Shown here: in pieces, positions 54,049-63,067 of the stretch | How positions within the stretch are numbered: position 1 is the stretch's first letter | Layout of the letters: every line of letters starts with the position of its first letter | Source of the DNA: Limisphaerales bacterium | GTDB lineage: Bacteria; Verrucomicrobiota; Verrucomicrobiia; Limisphaerales; AAA164-E04 | Direction: 5' to 3' | Length of the DNA: 64,000 nt | Assembly (NCBI GenBank): GCA_965227305.1 | Contig: OZ245740.1 | Location: forward strand, 2,515,371 to 2,579,370 | Translations under genes and position numbers: made by a program | Notes under the pieces: generated by a model | Told to the model about the DNA's origin: nothing | The model's input: the letters and a program-made list of their open reading frames with translations, nothing else | Database searches by the model: none

Positions 54049-54126
54049 GGGCTGAAGGCCCGTTCCGTTCGAGCCCAGGGCAACGCCCTGGGACCTCCCC
54101 ACAAATGAATACCGAGCCCGGTAAGG
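54049..54126. repeat. REP-like cluster of short GC hairpins
   Basis: The hairpins are GGGC-TGAAG-GCCC, CCCAGGGC-AAC-GCCCTGGG (54074-54092) and GCCC-GGTAA-GGGC. The translations (SPGQRPG..., ...QGVALG...) are the kind of junk peptide I associate with widespread intergenic palindromic elements. Confidence 0.4.
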
Positions 54127-54356
54127 GCGGCCCAAACAAGCTTTCACCCGTCACCGCATCCCCTCCAACATGACGACTGACTTTCTACAATAAATCTCGG
54201 TCACTCGCGAAAGATTGGGCCGTTCCATACGTATCTAAAGGGAAGGTCTTCATACACGTTACCAGGAATGGGTCGCAACCCTGAGACTCCTGACCTCCAG
54301 CAAACAGAGTGTATATCGAAAAACACGACAGAGACCACGGAACAAATAGATCTAAT

Positions 54357-54944
54357 ATGAAAACCCTACACACCATCATCCGCCTCGCAGCGATCGTTTC
54401 AGCAGTCAAAATCACCCTAGCCGTCCAGGCCGTCAGCTTTGCCTTCGGGCCTTCGATCCATAGTACCACAACGGGCACACTGAACGACGGTGGAGTCGAA
54501 ATGACTTATCTCAATCCCATTGGGAACAACAATAACCGAATCGATGCCTTTGCCAACGGAATCGCCTTCGACAATGGATTCAATAATGATCTGCAATCCG
54601 TGGATTTCACCTTCGATACCCAGGTTCGATTCGACTCCTACGTGGTCGGCGACCAGGCTCACGGTGGGGGCTCTCTGAACGTGAGGTTGAACGGGATCAT
54701 CCAAGAGGCAGTGGATGTATCCAGTCTGGGAAGCCAGAATCTGACGACGCCCTTCGTGATCGGAACCGGACAAACCCTTACCCTGCAGAACGTCGTGCCC
54801 GGTACGGACGAGTTTGCGATCTCGTCACTGTCTTTCACCGTTGTGCCAGAACCCCAAGAAACGGTGGCTTTCGCCCTTCTTGCCCTAGGGGCATTCGTTT
54901 TCGCGCGAAGGTTCGCACCTCAGGCTGCGCGCCACTTGGCGTAA
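54357..54944 (+). CDS. PEP-CTERM sorting-signal protein
   Basis: The signal peptide is MKTLHTIIRLAAIVSAVKITLAVQA. The C-terminus VPEPQETVAFALLALGAFVFARRF combines a PEP motif, a TM segment and a basic tail. Confidence 0.75.
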   Translation: MKTLHTIIRLAAIVSAVKITLAVQAVSFAFGPSIHSTTTGTLNDGGVEMTYLNPIGNNNNRIDAFANGIAFDNGFNNDLQSVDFTFDTQVRFDSYVVGDQAHGGGSLNVRLNGIIQEAVDVSSLGSQNLTTPFVIGTGQTLTLQNVVPGTDEFAISSLSFTVVPEPQETVAFALLALGAFVFARRFAPQAARHLA

Positions 54945-55223
54945 TAGGCCTCCCCGTTCTTCAAAGTGGGGGTTCTTCGAGAAGACATCTCCCGCAACCC
55001 TCACTTTGTCGTCACTCTAGCCAATCTCGCGTCTTTCACTAAGGCAAGCACGCTACAGCCGGCGTGAATGAATTGGACTGCGTTCAAGACAGGAACGTCA
55101 TTCCACCTTCTGGAGTCGGGCCCCCCTCTGATTCACTCACTCTCCACCCGTTCTGAATCGTGACTTCAGACTTTTCGGATGGCAGCGCGTCCTTCACACT
55201 CTCCGTCACAATTCCCTCAATTC

Positions 55224-56729
55224 ATGAAATCAATTCGCCTCTTCTCCTCCCTTAGCATCCTACTCGCGTTTCTCGTCTCGCTTCCTTCCGCTGTCCGTGG
55301 GGCTCACAACTTTCCAGTCAGCATCCCGGAACAACAAGGTGTCTCATCCGACGCCATCCTCGCTCTGATCGATCAACTCGAACAAGAAGTGGACGCCGTC
55401 CACAGCCTCATGATCCTCCGACACGGCAAACTCATCACCCAAGGCTGGTGGGCGCCCTATGATGCGGCAAGCCCGCACGTGATGCATTCCTTGAGCAAGA
55501 GCTTCACGTCGACCGCTATCGGCTTGGCAATCGAGGAAGGGCTCCTCTCTCTCAACGACCCCGTCATTTCATTCTTTCCGGAAGAAACGCCCGATGATCC
55601 CAGCTGGCAGCTCAAGGCAATGCGCATTCGAGATCTGCTCACGATGAACACCGGACACCGAAGCGCCCCGCGGCTCTTTTCCATTGAATCCAACTGGGTA
55701 CGAGCGTTCCTGCACTCCGAGATCGAATTCAAACCCGGGACTCATTTTCAGTACAACTCAGCCGCCACCTACATGCTCTCCGCCATTCTTCAAAAAAAGA
55801 CGGGGGAAAATCTGGTCGACTATCTGGACAGTCGCCTCTTTCAACCTTTAGGCATTGAAACCCCAACGTGGGATGAATCGCCCGATGGCGTCAATACGGG
55901 GGGTTGGGGCCTACGGATCACCACCGAGACAATCGCCAAGCTCGGCCAACTCTATCTTCAGAACGGGATGTGGGAGGGCAAACGCCTGATCTCCGAGGAG
56001 TGGGTCCAACTCGCCACCTCAAAACAAACTTCCAATGGCAGCGATCCCGAAAACGACTGGGATCAAGGCTACGGCTACCAGTTCTGGCGCTGTCGGCACA
56101 ACTGCTACCGAGGAGACGGTGCCTTTGGACAATTCTGCATTGTCATGCCCGAGCACGATGCGGTGGTCGCGATTACCTCGGGAGCCAACAACATGGGCGG
56201 GATTATGAGCGCCGTCTGGGAAACCCTCCTTCCAGCGATGGAAGCCACTCCGTTGCCCCCAAACCGAACAGCATCTCGTGCCCTTCAGGCGAGACTCGCG
56301 CACCTGCGCCTACCGCTACTCAAAGGGAAACCCAATTCACCCCTGGCCGAAAAACTGACGCAACAAACGTTTCGACTCCAGGACAATTCAATCGGCCTTG
56401 AGTCTGTCCGGTTCGAACTCCGAGGAAGCGTCCATCACATCCAACTCACGACTGCGCAAGGCACGGAATCCCTCCAACTTGGAACCGATCAATTCCTACG
56501 AGCCCAAACCAAACGGCCCATCCCCTTCACTAAAAACCAGCCCAACCAAATCGGCGCACACGGGCTGTGGATCGAACCGAACACCTACCAAGCCAAGATC
56601 TACCTCTGTGAATCACCGGCAAGCATCATCTATACAATCACGTTCGAAAACGGCCAAATGACCTGGGAGAGTCAGCTGCGACATTCGCTCTTTGGCAATC
56701 GGAACCCGGAACGCCTAAAAAGCCGATAA
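55224..56729 (+). CDS. Serine hydrolase, beta-lactamase family (paralog 3 of 3) with C-terminal extra domain
   Basis: The signal peptide is MKSIRLFSSLSILLAFLVSLPSAVRG, and the S-x-x-K motif lies in HSLSKSFT. YNSAATYML and GDGAFGQF are also present. Confidence 0.85.
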   Translation: MKSIRLFSSLSILLAFLVSLPSAVRGAHNFPVSIPEQQGVSSDAILALIDQLEQEVDAVHSLMILRHGKLITQGWWAPYDAASPHVMHSLSKSFTSTAIGLAIEEGLLSLNDPVISFFPEETPDDPSWQLKAMRIRDLLTMNTGHRSAPRLFSIESNWVRAFLHSEIEFKPGTHFQYNSAATYMLSAILQKKTGENLVDYLDSRLFQPLGIETPTWDESPDGVNTGGWGLRITTETIAKLGQLYLQNGMWEGKRLISEEWVQLATSKQTSNGSDPENDWDQGYGYQFWRCRHNCYRGDGAFGQFCIVMPEHDAVVAITSGANNMGGIMSAVWETLLPAMEATPLPPNRTASRALQARLAHLRLPLLKGKPNSPLAEKLTQQTFRLQDNSIGLESVRFELRGSVHHIQLTTAQGTESLQLGTDQFLRAQTKRPIPFTKNQPNQIGAHGLWIEPNTYQAKIYLCESPASIIYTITFENGQMTWESQLRHSLFGNRNPERLKSR

Positions 56730-56742
56730 TTAGAAGCCGCGG

Positions 56743-57693
56743 CTACGGCCCGGCATCCAATTCAAGTAGCTCCAGCTCGTACTCGCTCCGCATCTGCGCT
56801 TTCCGCAACGTAGCCACCTCCTCCGAAAGCTCACCCTCGCGCACGGCTTGGTCGATCTCCAATCGTTCGACCGCTAACTGGCTTTCCCGCACCGTCACTT
56901 CAGATTGACGCAATACCGACTCCGCCGACTCTCGGGTTAGTTCCCCTTGGGAGAGGGCACGCCGCAAGCGGGCTTCTTCTCCCTTGTGATCCAGTTCGGC
57001 TAGCAACACGGTCTCCTGCGCCGCGGCAATCTCGGGGGTGAGATCGCCGCGTTCAACAGCGTCCGCCAGTTCATGTTGCTCAACCTCGAATCGCTGAGCC
57101 GCCACATCGAGCTCTACCTCGTGGTATTCCGTCTCGGCTGCTTCCCGACTCATCGCTCCGCTGCTCACCGCGTCTTCCAGCTCGATCTCCAATTCTCTTA
57201 GATTATACTCACCGTGTAACAATTCCCGGCGAGCTTCAGCCATGGCCTCGCTGATGTCTCCCGAGTTCTCCGCCCGAAGCAATTCTAGCTCTTCCAATTT
57301 CAAACGCCGCTTCAACACATCCTTTCGGGCTTCCTTCAACGCCGAATCCAACTCAGCAGGATCTAGGTTACCATCGAGATCGCGTTCCAACGTCGGTAAG
57401 AATTCCTCACCTGCACTCTCCACCATCGTTCTGGCCTCTATCAGCTCAGAGCGAACGGCATTCAATTCGCCGTGCAAGACCGTTACTTCCTCCGCTAGCC
57501 TGCTACTCTGAGAACCCTGCTCCAATAGCCGAGCCCGCTCCTCGGACCATCCCGCCGTTGCGTCCAGTCGAGCGATCAAATGGCTGTTCTGAACCGACAG
57601 GTTGCGCATTCGCAATTGCTGCCACGCCAAGATCCCGGCACCTCCGATCAATAGAATCGCGATCCACTTTGACTTCAACACAACCCCCAACAT
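56743..57693 (-). CDS. Membrane-anchored coiled-coil protein
   Basis: An N-terminal TM segment (WIAILLIGGAGILAW) is followed by ~280 aa of E/L/A/R-rich heptad-like sequence. Confidence 0.7.
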   Translation of the reverse strand: MLGVVLKSKWIAILLIGGAGILAWQQLRMRNLSVQNSHLIARLDATAGWSEERARLLEQGSQSSRLAEEVTVLHGELNAVRSELIEARTMVESAGEEFLPTLERDLDGNLDPAELDSALKEARKDVLKRRLKLEELELLRAENSGDISEAMAEARRELLHGEYNLRELEIELEDAVSSGAMSREAAETEYHEVELDVAAQRFEVEQHELADAVERGDLTPEIAAAQETVLLAELDHKGEEARLRRALSQGELTRESAESVLRQSEVTVRESQLAVERLEIDQAVREGELSEEVATLRKAQMRSEYELELLELDAGP

Positions 57694-57790
57694 TCAGATT
57701 TCAAGTTCAGTTGGTTCACGTAAGCTTCTAAGATATCGATCCGACCAAACCAAGCAAACGGAAACTGAGCGCCCCACTTCCCATTTCAAA

Positions 57791-57867
57791 TTTTGCAGTT
57801 TGCAGTTTAACTTTTGCATTCCTCCGAACGCCCCAATTCCATCCCAGGAGACAACGGAAATGCAAAA
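57791..57867. repeat. TTTGCAG-heptamer / TTTGCATT inverted-repeat element, locus B
   Basis: TTTTGCAGTTTGCAGTTTAACTTTTGCATT (57791-57820) is followed 37 nt later by AAATGCAAAA (57858-57867). The order of modules matches the reverse complement of locus A. Confidence 0.55.
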
Positions 57868-57917
57868 TGAAGCGAATCGACGGCGAGAATAGCGCCACTG
57901 AACAACGAGCTTTTTCT

Positions 57918-58250
57918 CTACCGTTTGAACCAACCAGAATCGGGATAGGACGATGCGGACGTCCACGAAGGCCGCCACGAGAGTGTCGTCCGCGAGCCAA
58001 TATGAGAATCCACATCCGTGACACTTAGATTGAATCGCAGATCCTTCCATGCGCCTCCAGCGCAACGATCCAACACCGCATGCGGAACGGCAATTTCGAA
58101 AAAATACCCATCGTCCGTCCGCGTGCCGCTTCCCGTAATTCCCGTTTCGGCGGGAACCCGTCGCACGGTACTCGCCGCCACATCCACACACGGAGCTCCT
58201 TCGAGGGTGAGTGGCTTTTCATACCACTCCCCATCGCCGTTCGCGATCGC
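57918..58250 (-). other. In-frame continuation of the metallophosphoesterase ORF beyond its TGA (second half of a CBM9/DOMON-like beta-sandwich)
   Basis: It is in the same frame as 58251..59765 and has no further stop for 111 codons: AIANGDGEWYEKPLTLEGAPCVDVAASTVRRVPAETGITGSGTRTDDGYFFEIAVPHAVL...RFNLSVTDVDSH...TLSWRPSW. Confidence 0.5.
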
Positions 58251-59765
58251 TCACTGATCTCGCGTCCGAGCATCCAGAGTCACCAAGAAGTGATCCTGCG
58301 CACCAGAGCTCACCGGACCTTTGTCAATGTAAGAATCATCCACAACCTGAACCCCGATGTATAAGTTCGAGTCATCCTGACGCAAGGCGAACTCATAACT
58401 GAGATCCTGGGGTCCCGTCCAAGACTGACGCGCTCCGGACATGACCAACGGCCGTTCGACCCATTGTTCAAACGAGTCCCAGTCCCCTGCTTGCCCATCA
58501 ACTACAATCGCCCCCTCCAATACGGGAATGGAGCGTACCGACTCAATCGCCGCAAACGCCGTACGCTCCCAAAGCACGGGCCCCAAAGCCGCCGGATGAT
58601 ATTGAAAGGAGTAGTGAAATGGGACAACGTCGCCCGCCCCCTCAACCCTATCGCCCCGCTCGAACACCACCGGAAGCTCGAATTCTGAATCGCCTGGAAT
58701 CTCCTCCATCATGCCCTGGGACGAAGCCAAGAAGCCGTGTCCTATGGCAAATCGCCCCTCAAAAGCCACGGGCAACTCAGACTTGTTCGTCACTCGCAGG
58801 GTCGTCTGATAGGCCAATCCGCGATCCCCGCCCCCCAAGCGAATCGGATCGATCCGGACCCCAACTTGCTGCCCGAGAACATCGATAACTTCCCCTGTCT
58901 CTTCCGTCCTGACATCTTGATCCAACACTCCATCCAGAACGATATTCGCAATCGTCGGCCCTTCTTCAGTCATCGTCACCCAAACAAAGTGATCGAAGCG
59001 ACCATGCACCGCCCCGCTCAGATCACTACCACCGCCCGTTGTCGCCAACTGGATATAGCGGGTATTGTTGCGTGCAAACGACTGATACCGATGCCGATGC
59101 CCAGCAAACACGGTATGTTTTCGATCCTTCAAAGCATCCTCAATCGGCTGCCATCCCGTCGCACGATTCCCGGTCTCTTCGTAATACCACATGGGCTTGT
59201 GGGTAAACACCAGAGTCCATCGCACCTCTTTTTGTTCCTCCAGCACCTTGAGAAAGTACGCCGTCTGCTCCGGTCCAACCGTGGTTGCTTGTCCGTCTTC
59301 GCTATTGATCGCCAAGAAGAGCACCCCTTTGTAGAGAAAATGATAATAACTCGCCCCGAACCGTTTGTCCCAGGCCTCACGCGAAAAGTCGCTCCAGATA
59401 TCGTGATTCCCCGGCAGATAAAAGAACCGCATATCAAGATCATCTACCAATCCATCGAAGTAATCCCACTCGCGTTGGTTCTGTTGAACATCATCAAAAT
59501 AACCCTCCACCAAGTCCCCCACGCTCATGACGAACTCCGGTCGCATCAGGTTGATCTTTCCAACCGCCTCTTTGAAAACACCGTCCCGCTGTCCACCGGT
59601 CCGATCGGTCACAATGACAAACTGGAAGTGATCCTCATTATTCAGGAACGGTTGCGCTGACCAGGGAATCGCCTTAGTTCCATCTGGGTTGAAGCCAGGA
59701 ACAAAATCGGCGCCAGCAACTGATGGTATGATTGTAAACAGCAGGAGTAAGAATCGAGAGTTCAT
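58251..59765 (-). CDS. Secreted calcineurin-like metallophosphoesterase; ORF ends at a TGA inside a C-terminal carbohydrate-binding-like domain
   Basis: The motifs are VIVTDRTGG, GDLVEGY, LPGNHD, FTHKP and AGHRHRY. The C-terminal DGQAGDWDSF...LYIGVQVVDDSYID...HFLVTLDARTRDQ* looks like the first half of a CBM9-like domain. Confidence 0.85.
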   Translation of the reverse strand: MNSRFLLLLFTIIPSVAGADFVPGFNPDGTKAIPWSAQPFLNNEDHFQFVIVTDRTGGQRDGVFKEAVGKINLMRPEFVMSVGDLVEGYFDDVQQNQREWDYFDGLVDDLDMRFFYLPGNHDIWSDFSREAWDKRFGASYYHFLYKGVLFLAINSEDGQATTVGPEQTAYFLKVLEEQKEVRWTLVFTHKPMWYYEETGNRATGWQPIEDALKDRKHTVFAGHRHRYQSFARNNTRYIQLATTGGGSDLSGAVHGRFDHFVWVTMTEEGPTIANIVLDGVLDQDVRTEETGEVIDVLGQQVGVRIDPIRLGGGDRGLAYQTTLRVTNKSELPVAFEGRFAIGHGFLASSQGMMEEIPGDSEFELPVVFERGDRVEGAGDVVPFHYSFQYHPAALGPVLWERTAFAAIESVRSIPVLEGAIVVDGQAGDWDSFEQWVERPLVMSGARQSWTGPQDLSYEFALRQDDSNLYIGVQVVDDSYIDKGPVSSGAQDHFLVTLDARTRDQ

Positions 59766-59924
59766 GGGTATCTATTGGATCACAACGAAACAAACCGAAT
59801 GTCTCACTAAATGTCCAGTAAGCTGTGACCATTCGGTTACATTTCGATCGCCGACACATGATCGACTAGCATTGCGGTTGCAGTCAATCGGCCGTTGCAC
59901 ACCCCAGATGGAGCTAGAAACCCA

Positions 59925-61766
59925 CTAATTCCCCGAGGGATTCCTGACCGATCGCGAAATCAATGCTTCGCGATCAAACCGATCGACAACGCCATCTCCA
60001 TTGACATCGAAAGCTCGACCGCCTCCGGCTGGTCCTCGCTTCAACTCATCATTGAGCTCCACAATATCCAGAATATCACGGGTACCATCCTGGTTGAAAT
60101 CACCCGCGATTGGCTTGGATGCATCCGGACGCAACTTCGCCATGACAATCACTTGAGTCTGATTGACTTCAGTCTGAAACACCAGGTTTCCCTCCTCATC
60201 CAGCGGACTCCACCAACCCTGCTCGCCACCACTCCCGTCAACATAAAGCTGTACCCCTCTCGCAATCCCACCGAGCACTGCACCGGGAAGATCCTGCCCA
60301 GGCACCACTACTGGCACCAAGGTTCCATCTGGGAAGGACGCCCAAAGACCATTCGAGAGGGACTGTTCCGTTGGCCGACTACTTAAGTTAGCAAACATCA
60401 CCACGATGCCCTGCTCGTTCATGAACGGTGTGCGCGCATGACCCCAGGTGAACAGTGTACGCCCATCAGAAAACCCGGGCGCAGGATCCCCGTCGGCAAA
60501 GATTCGGGATAGGTTCCCTGGCTTCCCACGAAAGTAGCCACCTCGAAACACCGGATTCACCACCCCTGAGCGGAAGCGATGAAAGAACACAATCGTTCCG
60601 TCACCACTGATCGCGGGCGAACCTCGCCCCGGATCTAGCAGATCAAAGAAAACGTCGCCATCACCACCCGGAATGAGGTCCCCTTCCCTTACCACTTCTT
60701 GCAGTTCCCCCGGTCGCCCCACCCAGATGCCCGAGTCATTGGCTGCATCGATGCCAGGTCCAGAAACGTGGCTGGCAAAGACAACCTGCCCTCGATTATT
60801 GAGCCCTGGAGGGTGAATAAAGACCCTTGCCGAAGTATCGCTGGCAAAGAGAAAGTTAGGATCCTCATCGGACACTGGCCTCCCTTCAATCGCAACGGGC
60901 TGGAGTCCCTCCTCGCCATAGAAAAAGTAGCTACGGAGAGACTGGCCGGCTACGGAGACGCCTCCAATAAACGCCACTTCTCCGTGGTCATTCATGGCGA
61001 GTTGTTTTGGCTCCGTGACGGTCAATCCAAGCACCTGAGCCCCGGGCCCCGCAGCGGGAAACGGTTGGTTTTCCCAAACCAGTTCTTGCAGAAGTCCTTG
61101 GTGAAATCGCCAGAGCCCTCGCCGGGACACTCCATCTACAGTTTTCGTGGCCACGAAGGCACAGCCCCCCGTCCGATTGACCGCCAAACTCCCCCTCCAA
61201 ATCTCGTCAAAACCGCCCGGCCCGGTCCAAAGAATCGGGACCATTCGGCCGCCTTCGTTCCTGCGCCAGATACCATATCCTGTCGCCCCCGATGGAGCAG
61301 CCCAGTGACCGTAAATAATAGTAGAGTCGTCGTAAGCCAACCGAACCCCATCGAGATGAAACAGAACGGCATTTGAAAGACCAACGGGAAGCGCCATCTC
61401 ACGGATTCGGTCGCGTCGAAACTGCCCCCTTTGATATTGAAATATCACCGAGAATGATTCCGGAAATGGTCCCTCCGATCCCTCGGGAATGAATTCCCGA
61501 ATCGACCCTGTAAGCAGCAACCGACCAAAGGAAACTTGACCGTGCCCCAGACGCTGAAACTGATGATCGGGCATCCCTGGCACCGCCTCGTACTGCCGAG
61601 CCACCACTCGATAGTCGATCCGTGGTTGGGCCTTTAATGGGGTCGAGCAAACCACGATCAGTACCGTTCCAATCGCAGCCCACCACGCAACGAAGTTCCC
61701 TATCCGATCGATAGGGCCCCTGCCTCTACGTGCCGTTGAAACCTCCTTTAAACTGTATTCTACCAT
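59925..61766 (-). CDS. Secreted repeat protein (NxxGxxAF-type tandem repeats) with C-terminal dockerin-like EF-hand pair
   Basis: The repeats include NDHGEVAFIGG, NNRGQVVFASH, ISGDGTIVFF and NEQGIVVMFAN. The C-terminus reads DFNQDGTRDILDIVEL...FDVNGDGVVDRFDREALI. Confidence 0.75.
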   Translation of the reverse strand: MVEYSLKEVSTARRGRGPIDRIGNFVAWWAAIGTVLIVVCSTPLKAQPRIDYRVVARQYEAVPGMPDHQFQRLGHGQVSFGRLLLTGSIREFIPEGSEGPFPESFSVIFQYQRGQFRRDRIREMALPVGLSNAVLFHLDGVRLAYDDSTIIYGHWAAPSGATGYGIWRRNEGGRMVPILWTGPGGFDEIWRGSLAVNRTGGCAFVATKTVDGVSRRGLWRFHQGLLQELVWENQPFPAAGPGAQVLGLTVTEPKQLAMNDHGEVAFIGGVSVAGQSLRSYFFYGEEGLQPVAIEGRPVSDEDPNFLFASDTSARVFIHPPGLNNRGQVVFASHVSGPGIDAANDSGIWVGRPGELQEVVREGDLIPGGDGDVFFDLLDPGRGSPAISGDGTIVFFHRFRSGVVNPVFRGGYFRGKPGNLSRIFADGDPAPGFSDGRTLFTWGHARTPFMNEQGIVVMFANLSSRPTEQSLSNGLWASFPDGTLVPVVVPGQDLPGAVLGGIARGVQLYVDGSGGEQGWWSPLDEEGNLVFQTEVNQTQVIVMAKLRPDASKPIAGDFNQDGTRDILDIVELNDELKRGPAGGGRAFDVNGDGVVDRFDREALISRSVRNPSGN

Positions 61767-61989
61767 CCGGCCAAGCTCCCCGTGCTACTCAGCTAACCGA
61801 GATATAACGCAGCTCCATCCAAGAATCGAACAGAATCGAGCTAGCCTGACAGAGGATAGACTCGCCCTGGGTCCGAGGGGTTCCACATTATCCAGTCGTT
61901 CCTCTTCAACCCGCTAACCGGTTTGCCGCGACTATAGCCAAGGCAACAGCTACGCTCCCGCCCTCCAAAGTCGTGTCTGTGGCTCGGCT

Positions 61990-62871
61990 CTAGCGGTGCA
62001 GGCGCTCTTCCCCGATGAAGCGCTCAGCGATCCACCGCACATCGGGATTGTTCTTGGCGTCCGCTACGGGCAGCGGGATGCTTGAAACCGACTCATTACT
62101 ATTACTGACCTTCTGGATCCAATTCAGCGTCCGTTGATCCTGCCACCGACGGGACTCCGCGTGCCCGTCGGCAAAGGCAAAAGTACTCCCGTTAATGTGA
62201 TACCGTGCCAAGGGATCGTAAATGGTCCCATCCCGCAAAAGGAAGTGCCACCCGCCTTCATTCGCTCCGTAGCGGGCGCCAATATGCTCCTCCTCCACAA
62301 AGACAAAAAACTGCGACGGGCTTCGGATTTCCACATGCTTTATGTATTGGTTGTATCCCGGTGGATCCCAGTTGCCCCCAAAGGCATACGAAATCGAATA
62401 GCTTCGGTAACAATCGCGGGGCGCTTTGCGTCGTTTCTTACGCGTATCTCCGGGACAGTGATACGCCCCCACCGCTCCCACATACGGATACAGGGCGCCG
62501 GCTTGAATCCCACGAAAACGATCCTCATCCGTAATCCGACTCAAGGGCGTTGGACGACCGTTTTCATCCTGAGGTCGAAAAACCCAAATTTGCTTATCCT
62601 GAACATTCCCCGGCCGATCATAGCACGCCCGAGAACTGCAGAGCCGATCCTCGTTGTCATCGGCATACATCGTCCAGGCAAGGATCATCGTTTTCTGATT
62701 GGCCAAGCAAGCCGCCATCGTCCCCTTCTGCTTCGCCTTGCTCAAAGCCGGCAACAACATGCCAGCCAGAATCGCGATGATGGCAATCACCACCAAGAGC
62801 TCGATCAACGTGAATCCCCCCCATGCTGAAATACGCCTTGAGCCGATCCGTTTCGCGTTCTGGGCTTTCAT
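61990..62871 (-). CDS. Prepilin-type N-terminal cleavage/methylation protein with H-X9-DG motif
   Basis: The N-terminus is [32 protein letters not shown]. The C-terminal [16 protein letters not shown] fits the H-x9-DG pattern. Confidence 0.85.
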   Translation of the reverse strand: MKAQNAKRIGSRRISAWGGFTLIELLVVIAIIAILAGMLLPALSKAKQKGTMAACLANQKTMILAWTMYADDNEDRLCSSRACYDRPGNVQDKQIWVFRPQDENGRPTPLSRITDEDRFRGIQAGALYPYVGAVGAYHCPGDTRKKRRKAPRDCYRSYSISYAFGGNWDPPGYNQYIKHVEIRSPSQFFVFVEEEHIGARYGANEGGWHFLLRDGTIYDPLARYHINGSTFAFADGHAESRRWQDQRTLNWIQKVSNSNESVSSIPLPVADAKNNPDVRWIAERFIGEERLHR

Positions 62872-63067
62872 AGCAATACCACAACCCTACTCCTCTTTCC
62901 GATCCGTCGTCAATCGATTCGGATCTCACTGCCTCCGGCTACAATGCGACTGAGGACGCTTACATCGGATCCGGAAACCCCATTCCAATCTACCCACCTA
63001 ATGGCTGTTTGCCGGAACACACCACGCAAGAACTTGACTCTACCAACAAACTCGCAAGAGTTACGGG

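Noticed and set aside
53953-54147. The N-terminal 65 codons of track ORF 53416..54147
   Set aside because: This is the translation of the REP-like hairpin cluster. The lipoprotein signal peptide with lipobox starts at ATG 53952.
57694-58191. The 165-aa minus-strand ORF ending in a TGA immediately before the ATG of the coiled-coil gene, in the same frame (a possible third read-through case)
   Set aside because: Its translation is junk-like (Cys/Arg/Trp-rich). It overlaps, in another frame, the much more protein-like continuation of the phosphoesterase ORF. The adjacency to the ATG is coincidental.
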